Shown piece after piece: positions 45,967 through 54,563 of a stretch of DNA of 64,000 nt (position 1 is its first letter; the number at the start of each line of letters is the position of its first letter). A program made the translations under genes and the position numbers. This DNA is from Gemmatimonadales bacterium (GTDB lineage Bacteria; Gemmatimonadota; Gemmatimonadetes; Gemmatimonadales; GWC2-71-9): NCBI GenBank assembly GCA_035601435.1, contig DATNOH010000059.1:6748-70747 (forward strand), in the 5' to 3' direction. The notes beneath the pieces are model-generated. The model saw only the letters and a program-made list of their open reading frames with translations, ran no database searches and was not told the DNA's origin.

Positions 45967-46047
45967 CGAGGCCGGGAATGTGGGCTCCGGGGCCAGCGGC
46001 CGCAATCGGTGCTCGGGGCTCGACCCGTGGCTATTTTCAACTCCACC

Positions 46048-47037
46048 ATGATCCGCACGCTGCTCCTCGCACTCGGGCTCGCATGGCCACATGTCAATCC
46101 GGAGGTCGTGAAACTCGCAACCAACGTATTCGCGGTGATTCGGCGCGAGCCACTGGGCCTCGCGGTGAATTCCAACTCGTTGTTGATCATCGGGGATAGT
46201 GACGTGGTCGTGGTGGACGCGCAGTTCACGCGACTCGCCACGCTCGAAACAATCGCCGTCATCCGCCACCTCACCCCGAAGCCGGTCGGGGTGGTGATCA
46301 ATACGCACTGGCACGACGATCACGTGGCCGGGAACCAGGTGTATCGAGACTCGTTCCCCAGCGTCCGGTTCGTGATGCAGGCCAACACCGCCGCCGATTT
46401 CGCGACGCTCGGCGCGAGGAACCGGACCGCTACGGTGCAGGGCGCGCCTCCGGTGGCAGATCGCTACACGCGGCTCCTGAACCTGGGATTGGGAATCGAC
46501 AGCACCCCCGTCTCTGAAGTCGAGCGAGCTTCGGTCGCGAGCGCGCTCCGCATCATCCGCCAGTACGTGGCCGAAGCGCCGGGGTTCAGGGCCATCGCGC
46601 CCGACGACACCGTAGACCATCGGTTGACGCTGCGCCGGGGCAAGACCATCATCGACGTCCGCTGGTTTGGCTGTGGCAATACGCGTGGTGACTTGGTCAT
46701 TCACCTCCCCGTGCAGCGGATCCTGGCGACGGGCGACCTCGTGGTGGCGCCCGTTCCGTTCGCCTTCAACGCCTATCCCGCGACGTGGCCGGGCGTGCTG
46801 GACTCGCTCATCGCACTCGCGCCGAGCATCATCGTCCCGGGGCACGGCCCGGTGATGCGCGATGTGCGGTACGTGCGGATGGTTCGTGACATGCTCATCG
46901 CGGCGCGGACCGATACGCTGCTCGACGTCTTCCGACGCCGCATCGCAGGCGACGAGAAGTGGATGAACTACCTGTTTAAGAATTTCTTCCTACGCCCGAC
47001 GGTGGCACGCACTCGCGAGCAACCGAGCTGCCCGTGA
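46048..47037 (+). CDS. MBL-fold metallo-hydrolase
   Basis: INTHWHDDHVAGN (HxHxDH) and a later PGHGPV. ATG 46048 is preferred over GTG 46009. Confidence 0.88.
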   Translation: MIRTLLLALGLAWPHVNPEVVKLATNVFAVIRREPLGLAVNSNSLLIIGDSDVVVVDAQFTRLATLETIAVIRHLTPKPVGVVINTHWHDDHVAGNQVYRDSFPSVRFVMQANTAADFATLGARNRTATVQGAPPVADRYTRLLNLGLGIDSTPVSEVERASVASALRIIRQYVAEAPGFRAIAPDDTVDHRLTLRRGKTIIDVRWFGCGNTRGDLVIHLPVQRILATGDLVVAPVPFAFNAYPATWPGVLDSLIALAPSIIVPGHGPVMRDVRYVRMVRDMLIAARTDTLLDVFRRRIAGDEKWMNYLFKNFFLRPTVARTREQPSCP

Positions 47038-47058
47038 GACGGGTGGCCGCGCGACCCC

Positions 47059-49110
47059 CTACCTCCGACGCTTCGATCCGAGCAGCGAATGCTTCACGAC
47101 GCTGTCCGGCACGCTGTCCCCATGCCGCAGCGTGAACACCGCCTTGCGCCGCAAGCCGAGATCGAGCTCCACCACCAGGTGACTGTGGTCGCGCGCCACC
47201 CGCCACGCACGCGACGCTTTCGGTACCCCTCCGCCGATGACGGCTCGGGCCGCGGTGATCACGGCCTCCGGCGGCTCGGCGATCGCCGCCAGCTGGGCGC
47301 AGGTGGCGCAGCGGCCGGACTGCTGCTCGAGATCGGCCGTGCACACTTGCCGCCCGCAGTAGCCGCAGGCGGCGCGATGCCGGGCGCACGCGTCTTTGCC
47401 GCACACCGGGCATGGCTCGACCTCATCGGAGGCGAAGAGGGCCATTGCCTCCTCCACACAGCCGGCCCGGTGTCGCGCGCACACCAGGCGCCGCGACGTG
47501 TCGGTGCGGCGCAAATGCTGCGAGCAATGCACCTGTCCGTCCACCACGCACACTGCCCGGTGCGCCGTGCATACCGACCTGCCGCAGCTCGCGCATTCCG
47601 TGACCTCATCCACGCCGACCGGCTCGTTCGTGCCGCCCTCGCAGTACTTGAGGCACGCCGAGCACAGACGCCGGCTTCCCTTCGGCGCATCCGCCCCGCT
47701 CTGCTCCGCGTGCCGGTTGCACACGACACGGCCGCAGCTGCCGCAGGGCGCGAGGCAGGCCGTGCAGGCGGTGTGCCCGTCCTCGGCACACACCCCCTCG
47801 TGCGCGGTGCAGTGCTGCAAGCGGCACGAAGCGCAGACGCGCACGTGCTCGTCACATGCCGGTTGCTCGTCCACGCGACAATGCGCAATGCCGTGTTCCG
47901 CGCAGAAATCCTCGCGGCAAACCGAGCACTGAGACGAGCACGCCTCACAGCCGCAGTGGTCGTGCCGGCAGATCACGAGGCTCGTCGGCGGCCGACCACA
48001 ATGCGGGCATGCCACGATCCAGGCGGCGGCACCGCTCAGCGACCGCTGTGCGTTGAACGCTGCGTGACGCCCATGCGCCGACTCGAGCTGCCACTCGGCA
48101 CGCTGCACCAAAACGGTCGCGTCGATGAGCTGTAAGGGATGCACCACGGCCTTCACCTGGCTGCGCCTGATCTCCTCGGCGCGGCGGCGCTCGGCGAGCG
48201 CCGTGACGGTGCCAATGGCCTCAGGGTCCGACTGCTCCTTCAGGATCGACTCGAAGTAGCGGTCCAGGCGGCCGAGCTCGGTGGCGAGCGCTTGCTCCGC
48301 CGCCGCGCGCCGCGCGGCCACTCGCTCCGCCGACTTTTCCTGGAGATGAATCAAGAGGAGCCGCAGCAGGTCTCCGGGCTCCCGGGCTGGGACGCGCGCG
48401 GCCTTACCTGCTTCCGACGGGTCCGCGGGCTCCGTCCGCCCCGCCTCGAGGTCCCGGAATGCGGCCGCGACATCGTCACTTACTTGGGCGCCGGCCGAAA
48501 GGTCGTAGACGTCGCTTTCGACCACGGCTTCCTCGACTCCCGCTCCAGCCCGCAACACCACGCGCGCGACCAGTCGCCCCACCGGATGCAGGGCCACCCG
48601 CGCCGTGCTCACTTTGCCTGTTCCGTTCCGCACGGGAATCGGCAGGCCGACTTCGCTACCGTCCCCCCGCTCGTCTCGGGAGGGGGGGACAGGGGGTGAC
48701 GACGGCGCGATCAAACCGAGCGACAGGCGCGCCGCGCGCGTCCGAATCGCCTCGATCAACTGCGACACGAACGGACTGCCGAGCACGGCAATCTCGGCGT
48801 CCGGGGCTCGCTCGAGCGCGGCGAGCGAGAACGCCACGCTCAAGCGCTCGCGATCCCTGAAAAACGCCCGCTCGCCCTGGGGCAAGCTCAACCGGGAGTG
48901 ATCGGGGCCGAGTGCGGACTGTTTCACGCCGGCGAGCACGCAGTAGCGCTCCAGCAGCGGCCGGATACGCGCATCGGCGAGCGGATCGGCCTCGGCGACC
49001 TCGGCACGCCCGTTTACGGGCAGCCGCCGAGCCGCGGGCTTACCCGCGCTCTTCGGGCGCTGCTTGCGCTGGGTCTTGCGCTGCGGCTTGCGAGGCGGGC
49101 GGCGTTTCAC
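47059..49110 (-). CDS. 683-aa protein: basic N-terminus, unknown roughly 330-aa domain, then a tandem Cys/His zinc-module array (38 Cys)
   Basis: GTG start in a GTGA overlap with the SNF2 stop. MKRRPPRKPQRKTQRKQRPK. Residues 368-604 hold six C-x2-C-x4-C-x2-H units (e.g. CSVCREDFCAEH, CASCRLQHCTAH, CASCGRSVCTAH, CPVCGKDACARH). Confidence 0.85.
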   Translation of the reverse strand: MKRRPPRKPQRKTQRKQRPKSAGKPAARRLPVNGRAEVAEADPLADARIRPLLERYCVLAGVKQSALGPDHSRLSLPQGERAFFRDRERLSVAFSLAALERAPDAEIAVLGSPFVSQLIEAIRTRAARLSLGLIAPSSPPVPPSRDERGDGSEVGLPIPVRNGTGKVSTARVALHPVGRLVARVVLRAGAGVEEAVVESDVYDLSAGAQVSDDVAAAFRDLEAGRTEPADPSEAGKAARVPAREPGDLLRLLLIHLQEKSAERVAARRAAAEQALATELGRLDRYFESILKEQSDPEAIGTVTALAERRRAEEIRRSQVKAVVHPLQLIDATVLVQRAEWQLESAHGRHAAFNAQRSLSGAAAWIVACPHCGRPPTSLVICRHDHCGCEACSSQCSVCREDFCAEHGIAHCRVDEQPACDEHVRVCASCRLQHCTAHEGVCAEDGHTACTACLAPCGSCGRVVCNRHAEQSGADAPKGSRRLCSACLKYCEGGTNEPVGVDEVTECASCGRSVCTAHRAVCVVDGQVHCSQHLRRTDTSRRLVCARHRAGCVEEAMALFASDEVEPCPVCGKDACARHRAACGYCGRQVCTADLEQQSGRCATCAQLAAIAEPPEAVITAARAVIGGGVPKASRAWRVARDHSHLVVELDLGLRRKAVFTLRHGDSVPDSVVKHSLLGSKRRR

Positions 49111-51272
49111 GCGGCGTCAGCCTGGATGTCCATGAGCACCATGGGCAGGCGGTCCACTTGCGCGACGAGGGTGATGACCCGCCCGGTACTGGTCATGCCG
49201 CTGAGCCGCACCGGTGCTCCGGGTTCAGGCTGCTCGCCCTCCACCCCGATCGGCTCGATCGACTCGAGCGCCTCGAGCACGTCTTTCAGGTGCAAGCCGA
49301 GCCGCAGGCGCTTCGTGTCCCATCCGGGCGCTTTGACGACCTGGCTGGTGCCGAGCCCGAGTCGTAGCCGTCCGGGGACAGACAACGTCTCGAACCGGCG
49401 TTCGAGCCGCATGGCGTTGTCGTCCGGCGCAATGAGAGAGTTGAGCTGTTCCTGTTCCTTGGCTATCGCGCCGCTCGTTTCGATGTCGGCTCCAAGGACT
49501 GCCACCCGGCGCGCGAAGTCTTCCTCGCTGTCGGCCGCGAGCCATTCTTCCGCCAGCCGGCCTTCGAACCTCTGGGCACCGCCGAATTCGCCCAGGATCA
49601 GATCCAGCTCGCCGACTACCAGCTCGAACAGCTTGATCTTCTGGTCGAGCAGCTGGAGGATGTACGACTCGATGGTCCCCGCCGCGGCCAGGTTCACGAT
49701 GTGGACCTCGCGCTTCTGCCCGATGCGGTGCAGCCGGCCGATGCGCTGCTCCACCACCATGGGGTTCCACGGCAGGTCGTAGTTCACCAGCACGTTGCAG
49801 AACTGGAGGTTGCGTCCTTCGCTGCCGGCGCGCGTCGCAATCAGCACGCTGCGCTCGTCATCGTGGAAGGCGCGGATGCGCTTATCCCGCTCGGCGGTAG
49901 AGTGAGCACCCCAATACACGATCGGCTGGCGGCCGAGTTTTTTGACGCGCTCTTCTATCAGCTGAATAGTCGGCCGGTGGTCGCTGAAGATCACCAGCCG
50001 GTCGGGCGTCTCCTTCAGCAGCTTGGTCAGCACGTCCAACTTGGCGTGCGTCTTGATGCCTTCCGCCCGTTTGGCGAGCTGCTTCGCGATGGCGCGGTAC
50101 TGGGGGCTGATGCGGTCGCTCTCGGCCAAGTGCCCGAGCGATTCAGCGAGCGCGCGCGACGAGGAGCACAGCCGTTGCCGCAAGTGGATGAGGGCCAGCT
50201 GCAAAATGCCCTTCTTGGTACGCCGGCCTGGTGCCCCCTCCTCCGGCTCTTCCTGCTCCGCCGGCTTGATGAAGCCTTCTTGATACAGCCGTCTGAGAAA
50301 TTCAGTGGTGCGTTGGTACAGGTCCGCCTCGGCGCGCGTGAGCTTCACTTCCGGGTGGCGCGGCCGGCGGGGCGGCAGATCCAGGTCGTCGACCACGCTC
50401 GAGCGCCGGGTGCGGATCATCACCTCCTGCGTCAGCGCGCGTAGCGCTTCGGGATCACGCGGCTGACGGTGGTCGCCCGACACCAGGTGCTCGGCCTTGA
50501 ACTCCTGCCAGGTGCCGAGCTGTCCGGGCCGGAGCAGCGTGATGAGGTTGTACAGCTCGCGCAGGTCGTTCTGGAGCGGCGTGGCGGTGAGCAGCAGGAT
50601 GAAATCGCGCTCGATTTTCTCGATGAACTGATAGGTCGCGCCGCGGTGACTCTTCACCTTGTGCGCCTCGTCCACGATCACCAGGTCCCAGCGGTGCCGC
50701 AGGATCTCCTCGGCGTGCCGGCGCGTGCGCGCGCGATCGTGCGAGATGATCGCTTTGGTGACGCGTGGCCAGTCGTCGGGATCGGTCGGGGCCTCGAAGC
50801 GCTCGAAGAATTTCTCCTCGAGCTCCCCCTGCCACTGGCCCACCAGCGAGGCAGGCGTGAGGATCAGCGCGCGCCGGGCCAGGCCGCGGATCGCGAGCTC
50901 TTTGTAAATGATGCTCGCCTCGATCGTCTTACCGAGGCCCACCTCGTCGGCCAGGATGGCGCGGCCGCCCATGTCGCGCAGCACCCGCTGGGCCACGTCG
51001 ATCTGGTGGGGCAGCTCCTTGATGGCGTTGGCGTCGAGTGTAATCAGCCGGTCGAACCCGGGAACGAGCGCGATCCGTTCGGCCTCGCGCCGCAGCTCGT
51101 ACCAGGCGCGCTCGGCCGGCGGCTGCTGGAGCGCATCGACGAACAGTTTCAGGGACCGTTCGTCGACCGCCCAGGACTCGTCGGGCAGGGGCTGGGGTAG
51201 CGTCACGCGATCGGCTCGAGAGGTCGGGGGACGCAATATAGGGAATCCGAGACGCGGGAGGGGCCCCCTCAT
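49107..51272 (-). CDS. SNF2/RapA-like family helicase (DEAH ATPase + helicase-C) with about 170-aa C-terminal extension
   Basis: Motifs ILADEVGLGKTIEA (I), LVIVDEAHKVK (II), LLLTATPLQN (III), LIATRAGSEGRNLQ (V), WNPMVVEQRIGRLHRIGQ (VI). Confidence 0.92.
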   Translation of the reverse strand: MRGPLPRLGFPILRPPTSRADRVTLPQPLPDESWAVDERSLKLFVDALQQPPAERAWYELRREAERIALVPGFDRLITLDANAIKELPHQIDVAQRVLRDMGGRAILADEVGLGKTIEASIIYKELAIRGLARRALILTPASLVGQWQGELEEKFFERFEAPTDPDDWPRVTKAIISHDRARTRRHAEEILRHRWDLVIVDEAHKVKSHRGATYQFIEKIERDFILLLTATPLQNDLRELYNLITLLRPGQLGTWQEFKAEHLVSGDHRQPRDPEALRALTQEVMIRTRRSSVVDDLDLPPRRPRHPEVKLTRAEADLYQRTTEFLRRLYQEGFIKPAEQEEPEEGAPGRRTKKGILQLALIHLRQRLCSSSRALAESLGHLAESDRISPQYRAIAKQLAKRAEGIKTHAKLDVLTKLLKETPDRLVIFSDHRPTIQLIEERVKKLGRQPIVYWGAHSTAERDKRIRAFHDDERSVLIATRAGSEGRNLQFCNVLVNYDLPWNPMVVEQRIGRLHRIGQKREVHIVNLAAAGTIESYILQLLDQKIKLFELVVGELDLILGEFGGAQRFEGRLAEEWLAADSEEDFARRVAVLGADIETSGAIAKEQEQLNSLIAPDDNAMRLERRFETLSVPGRLRLGLGTSQVVKAPGWDTKRLRLGLHLKDVLEALESIEPIGVEGEQPEPGAPVRLSGMTSTGRVITLVAQVDRLPMVLMDIQADAA

Positions 51273-51280
51273 GCTCCCCC

Positions 51281-51904
51281 CTAGTGGTCTGAGGCAGCTC
51301 CATCGTACACCCGCCGGAACTCGATCGAGCGCCCGCGCCTTCCTTCGAAGCCGACGATCACGTACAGCTGCTTCCCATCCTGCGAGCGAAGGTAGTCCTC
51401 CGTAACCTTCCCTCCACCCGAGACCTTGCGCTCGACGACGAAGTCGTTTCCCTGCCAGCGGCCTCTTGTCTCGACATCCCCGCCGCCTTCTACCTTCTGG
51501 GTGACCTTCCGGCCGTCGCTGTAGAGAACCAGCGGCGCGTTGCCATCCAACGCAAACGCCACGCTCGAATCAGTCTCGGCGATCGTAAGCGCGGCGGGCG
51601 CATCGAACGCGAGCTGCATCGTCTGGTGCATCCGCTGACGCTGCTCGTCGCTCAATCCGCTGCCCGCCCCACCACCCCGGCCCCGGCCGAAGCCTCCGCG
51701 TCCACCATAACCACCGCGCGACCGGCCCCCGCGCGGCTCGTCGCCGCTCGAGTCCCGCACCTGCAGCATGTCCCGAGGGTGATCACTCTGCGCGGCATTC
51801 AACGCCCATTGCCCGGAGAGATCCGGGTGGACGACCGACGTAGTCGCGGCGGCGCTGCCGAGGGCAACGACTCCGCACAGAGCGACCGCTGTCGTCAGGT
51901 GCAT
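51281..51904 (-). CDS. secreted protein with RGG/Gly-Arg-rich low-complexity insert
   Basis: Signal peptide MHLTTAVALCGVVALGSAAA. GDEPRGGRSRGGYGGRGGFGRGRGGGAGSG, then a beta-rich C-terminal domain. Stop is 8 nt before the SNF2 ATG. Confidence 0.7.
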   Translation of the reverse strand: MHLTTAVALCGVVALGSAAATTSVVHPDLSGQWALNAAQSDHPRDMLQVRDSSGDEPRGGRSRGGYGGRGGFGRGRGGGAGSGLSDEQRQRMHQTMQLAFDAPAALTIAETDSSVAFALDGNAPLVLYSDGRKVTQKVEGGGDVETRGRWQGNDFVVERKVSGGGKVTEDYLRSQDGKQLYVIVGFEGRRGRSIEFRRVYDGAASDH

Positions 51905-52085
51905 TGCCCAACCTCCCTGATGATGGCTAGTCGCTTGTTTATACGAACTCGATCCCTCGGAGGTTGAACGTCCAGCCGCACTCAGCGACCGCGGAACGCC
52001 ACACGTATCCCTGTCGGTGACGAGAGCGTCGTCAACGATTCAGTACGGAACTGGCGTTCGGGGAGTCTCGTTCGTGGTCGACAAG

Positions 52086-52253
52086 ATGCGGCAGGCATTG
52101 CCGGCGGCCCTCGCGGTTCCGGCACTGTGGGTGAGTACCGTGGCCTTTCCGATCACGGGCCTGTTGTACTGTGCGGCGATAGTCGCGCTCGACGGCATTG
52201 AGCGGGTCGCGCGCCGGCTGAGAGTCGCCCCGCGATCGCGCGACGACTCGTGA
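52086..52253 (+). CDS. possible small membrane protein (55 aa)
   Basis: MRQALPAALAVPALWVSTVAFPITGLLYCAAIVAL... lies within the ORF-track entry 52017-52253. Weak evidence. Confidence 0.25.
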   Translation: MRQALPAALAVPALWVSTVAFPITGLLYCAAIVALDGIERVARRLRVAPRSRDDS

Positions 52254-52257
52254 TCGC

Positions 52258-52896
52258 CTATTCCCGGTAGAGCGTCGGGAACTGCTGCTGCAACCGTTTC
52301 AGCTTTGGCAAGTCGTTGAAGGCGATGTAGGGCTGGTCGGTGTGGTTGGCCAGATAGTTCTGATGATAGTCCTCGGCGGCATAGAACCGCTCGAACGGCA
52401 CCACCTGGGTGACGATCGGACCGGAGAATACACCAACCTTGCTCAACTGAGCGATGTAGGCCTGCGCCGTCTGCTTCTCCGTTTCGTTTGAGTAGAAGAT
52501 CACCGAACGGTACTGGCTCCCCACATCCGGACCCTGGCGGTTCAGCTGTGTCGGATCGTGCGCCACCGAAAAGAAGACCCGCAGCAGCTCGCTGTAGGAG
52601 ATCTGCGACGGATCATACGTGATCTTCACCGACTCGGCATGCCCCGTCGCGCCGGTGCTCACGATCTCGTATCGTGCCGTGGCCGAGCCTCCGCCGGAGT
52701 AACCGGAGACGACGCTCTCGACGCCCTTCACATGCTTGAACACGGCGTCCACGCCCCAGAAGCATCCGCCCGCCAGCACGGCGACTTGCTCGCCCTTGGC
52801 TGGCGTAACGCGCGGCGCGGCCGCGTATGCCGGGATCTGTGCCCGAGCAGTGTTCACGGCCAGAAGTCCGGCCACGACGCCAAGGAGTCTCTTCAT
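52258..52896 (-). CDS. msrA: peptide-methionine (S)-S-oxide reductase, secreted form
   Basis: Signal peptide, then the catalytic GGCFWGVDAVF, GHAESVKITYDP and HDPTQLNRQGPDVGSQYRS. Confidence 0.92.
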   Translation of the reverse strand: MKRLLGVVAGLLAVNTARAQIPAYAAAPRVTPAKGEQVAVLAGGCFWGVDAVFKHVKGVESVVSGYSGGGSATARYEIVSTGATGHAESVKITYDPSQISYSELLRVFFSVAHDPTQLNRQGPDVGSQYRSVIFYSNETEKQTAQAYIAQLSKVGVFSGPIVTQVVPFERFYAAEDYHQNYLANHTDQPYIAFNDLPKLKRLQQQFPTLYRE

Positions 52897-53032
52897 ACCG
52901 AAAGCTAACGCTCCCTGATCGAGTGTAGTTCCGTGCGTCTCGTAAACTACGCTGCGAGCCGTCTTTGGCCATGTCGGTGCGCCCGCGCGCGTCGCGTGGT
53001 AGTATCGTGAGTCCCCGTCCTGACGGTGCCCG

Positions 53033-53806
53033 ATGCCGCTTTTGCCGCCCCGACCCTACCTCTTGAACGAGCTGACCTGGAAGACCGTGCGCGACACGCG
53101 CTACGAGGTCGCGGTGCTGCCGTGGGGCGCAACCGAGGCGCACAATTTCCACCTTCCATACACGACCGACAACATCGAGACCGAGCGGATTGCGGCCCTG
53201 GCGGCGGGGTACGCGTGGGAGCGAGGTGCGCGGGTGGTCGTGCTCCCGCTCGTGCCGTTTGGCGTGAACACGGGACAACTCGACATTCCCCTCTGCCTCA
53301 ACCTGAACCCTAGCACCCAGTCCCTCGTGTTGCGCGATCTCGCGGCGTCGCTGGCGGGTCAGGGCATCTCCAAGCTCGTTATCCTGAACGGCCACGGCGG
53401 CAACGACTTCCGCCAGATGATCCGGGAGCTGCAGCCCGCGGTGTCTCTCTTCCTCTGCACCGTCAATTGGTACCAGGTGGTGGACCCGAAGGCGTTCTTC
53501 GCGGACCTGGGAGACCACGCGGGGGAGCTCGAGACGAGCGTAATGCTCCACTTCGCGCCAGAGCTGGTGCGGCCGTTGTCGGAGGCGGGCCCCGGGCGCG
53601 CGCGCCGGTTCACGATCGCGGGTCTCAAAGCAGGGTGGGCGTGGGCGCCGCGTCAGTGGCGCCAGGTGACGGACGACACCGGTGTCGGGAACCCCGCGGC
53701 CGCCACCGCGGAGAAGGGACGGAAGTACGTGGAGGCGGTGAGCGAGAAGATCGGCGGCTTCCTAGTGGAGCTCGCGAAGGCTGATACGGCGCGGATGTAC
53801 GAATGA
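53033..53806 (+). CDS. creatininase-family amidohydrolase
   Basis: AVLPWGATEAHNFHLPYTTD...VILNGHGGN...GDHAGELETS, the metal-ligand pattern of the creatininase family. Confidence 0.85.
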   Translation: MPLLPPRPYLLNELTWKTVRDTRYEVAVLPWGATEAHNFHLPYTTDNIETERIAALAAGYAWERGARVVVLPLVPFGVNTGQLDIPLCLNLNPSTQSLVLRDLAASLAGQGISKLVILNGHGGNDFRQMIRELQPAVSLFLCTVNWYQVVDPKAFFADLGDHAGELETSVMLHFAPELVRPLSEAGPGRARRFTIAGLKAGWAWAPRQWRQVTDDTGVGNPAAATAEKGRKYVEAVSEKIGGFLVELAKADTARMYE

Positions 53807-54555
53807 GCGAGGGCGTCCTCGTCGAAGCCTGCGTCGACTCCATCGAATCCGCGCTCGCCGCCGTGCGAGGTGGCGCGCACGGGATCGAGCTGTGCGCCAA
53901 CCTGGTGGAGGGCGGCACGACACCCTCAGCGGGCACGCTCGCCGTGTGCCGTGAGCGACTCGACATCCCGATCCACGTGCTGGTTCGGCCCCGGGGCGGT
54001 GACTTCCTCTACACGGCCGCCGAATTCACGGTCATGCTTGAAGACATCCGGCGGGCCAAGCAAGCGGGCGCGGAGGGCGTTGTGACGGGCGCGCTGCGCG
54101 CGGACGGAGAGATTGATACTGACCGCACGCGCGAGCTCATCGGCGCGGCGCGGCCGTTGCGGGTGACGTTTCACCGCGCGTTCGACGTATGCCGCGATCC
54201 TGCCGCCGCGCTCGAGGCGCTCATCGTCCTCGGCGTGGACCGCGTGCTCACCTCGGGCCAAGCCGCAACCGCACCCCAGGGCGCGAAGGCAATTGCCCGA
54301 CTCGTGCGGCAGGCGGCGGGCCGGACCGCGATTCTCCCGGGGGGCGGCATCGCGGAGGACAACGTGGCCGCGTTGGTGCGCGCGACCGGCGTGACTGAGG
54401 TACATCTCACGGGCGCGGTGACGCACCAGAGCGCCATGACCTTTCGCGCACCGAAGGTCGAGATCGGAAGCGCGGCGCCGCGCAGCGAATACGAGTGGAA
54501 TGTGACCGACGCTGAGGTGATTCGGCGGGTGGTGGCTAAGCTGGGTGCTCCCTGA
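53803..54555 (+). CDS. cutC: copper homeostasis protein CutC
   Basis: VEACVDSIESALAAVRGGAHGIELC...GGTTPS...VLVRPRGGDFLY...RVLTSG. ATGA overlap with the upstream gene. Confidence 0.88.
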   Translation: MSEGVLVEACVDSIESALAAVRGGAHGIELCANLVEGGTTPSAGTLAVCRERLDIPIHVLVRPRGGDFLYTAAEFTVMLEDIRRAKQAGAEGVVTGALRADGEIDTDRTRELIGAARPLRVTFHRAFDVCRDPAAALEALIVLGVDRVLTSGQAATAPQGAKAIARLVRQAAGRTAILPGGGIAEDNVAALVRATGVTEVHLTGAVTHQSAMTFRAPKVEIGSAAPRSEYEWNVTDAEVIRRVVAKLGAP

Positions 54556-54563
54556 TCCCCCTC

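Noticed and set aside
45967-46845. Upstream 293 codons of the 343-aa minus-strand ORF 45814-46845
   Set aside because: They are antisense to the MBL-fold hydrolase (HWHDDH motif on the plus strand). Only the last 50 codons, with their own ATG and signal peptide, look genuine.
52613-53551. 312-aa minus-strand ORF
   Set aside because: It overlaps msrA out of frame on the same strand and the creatininase gene in antisense, and both of those have strong motifs.
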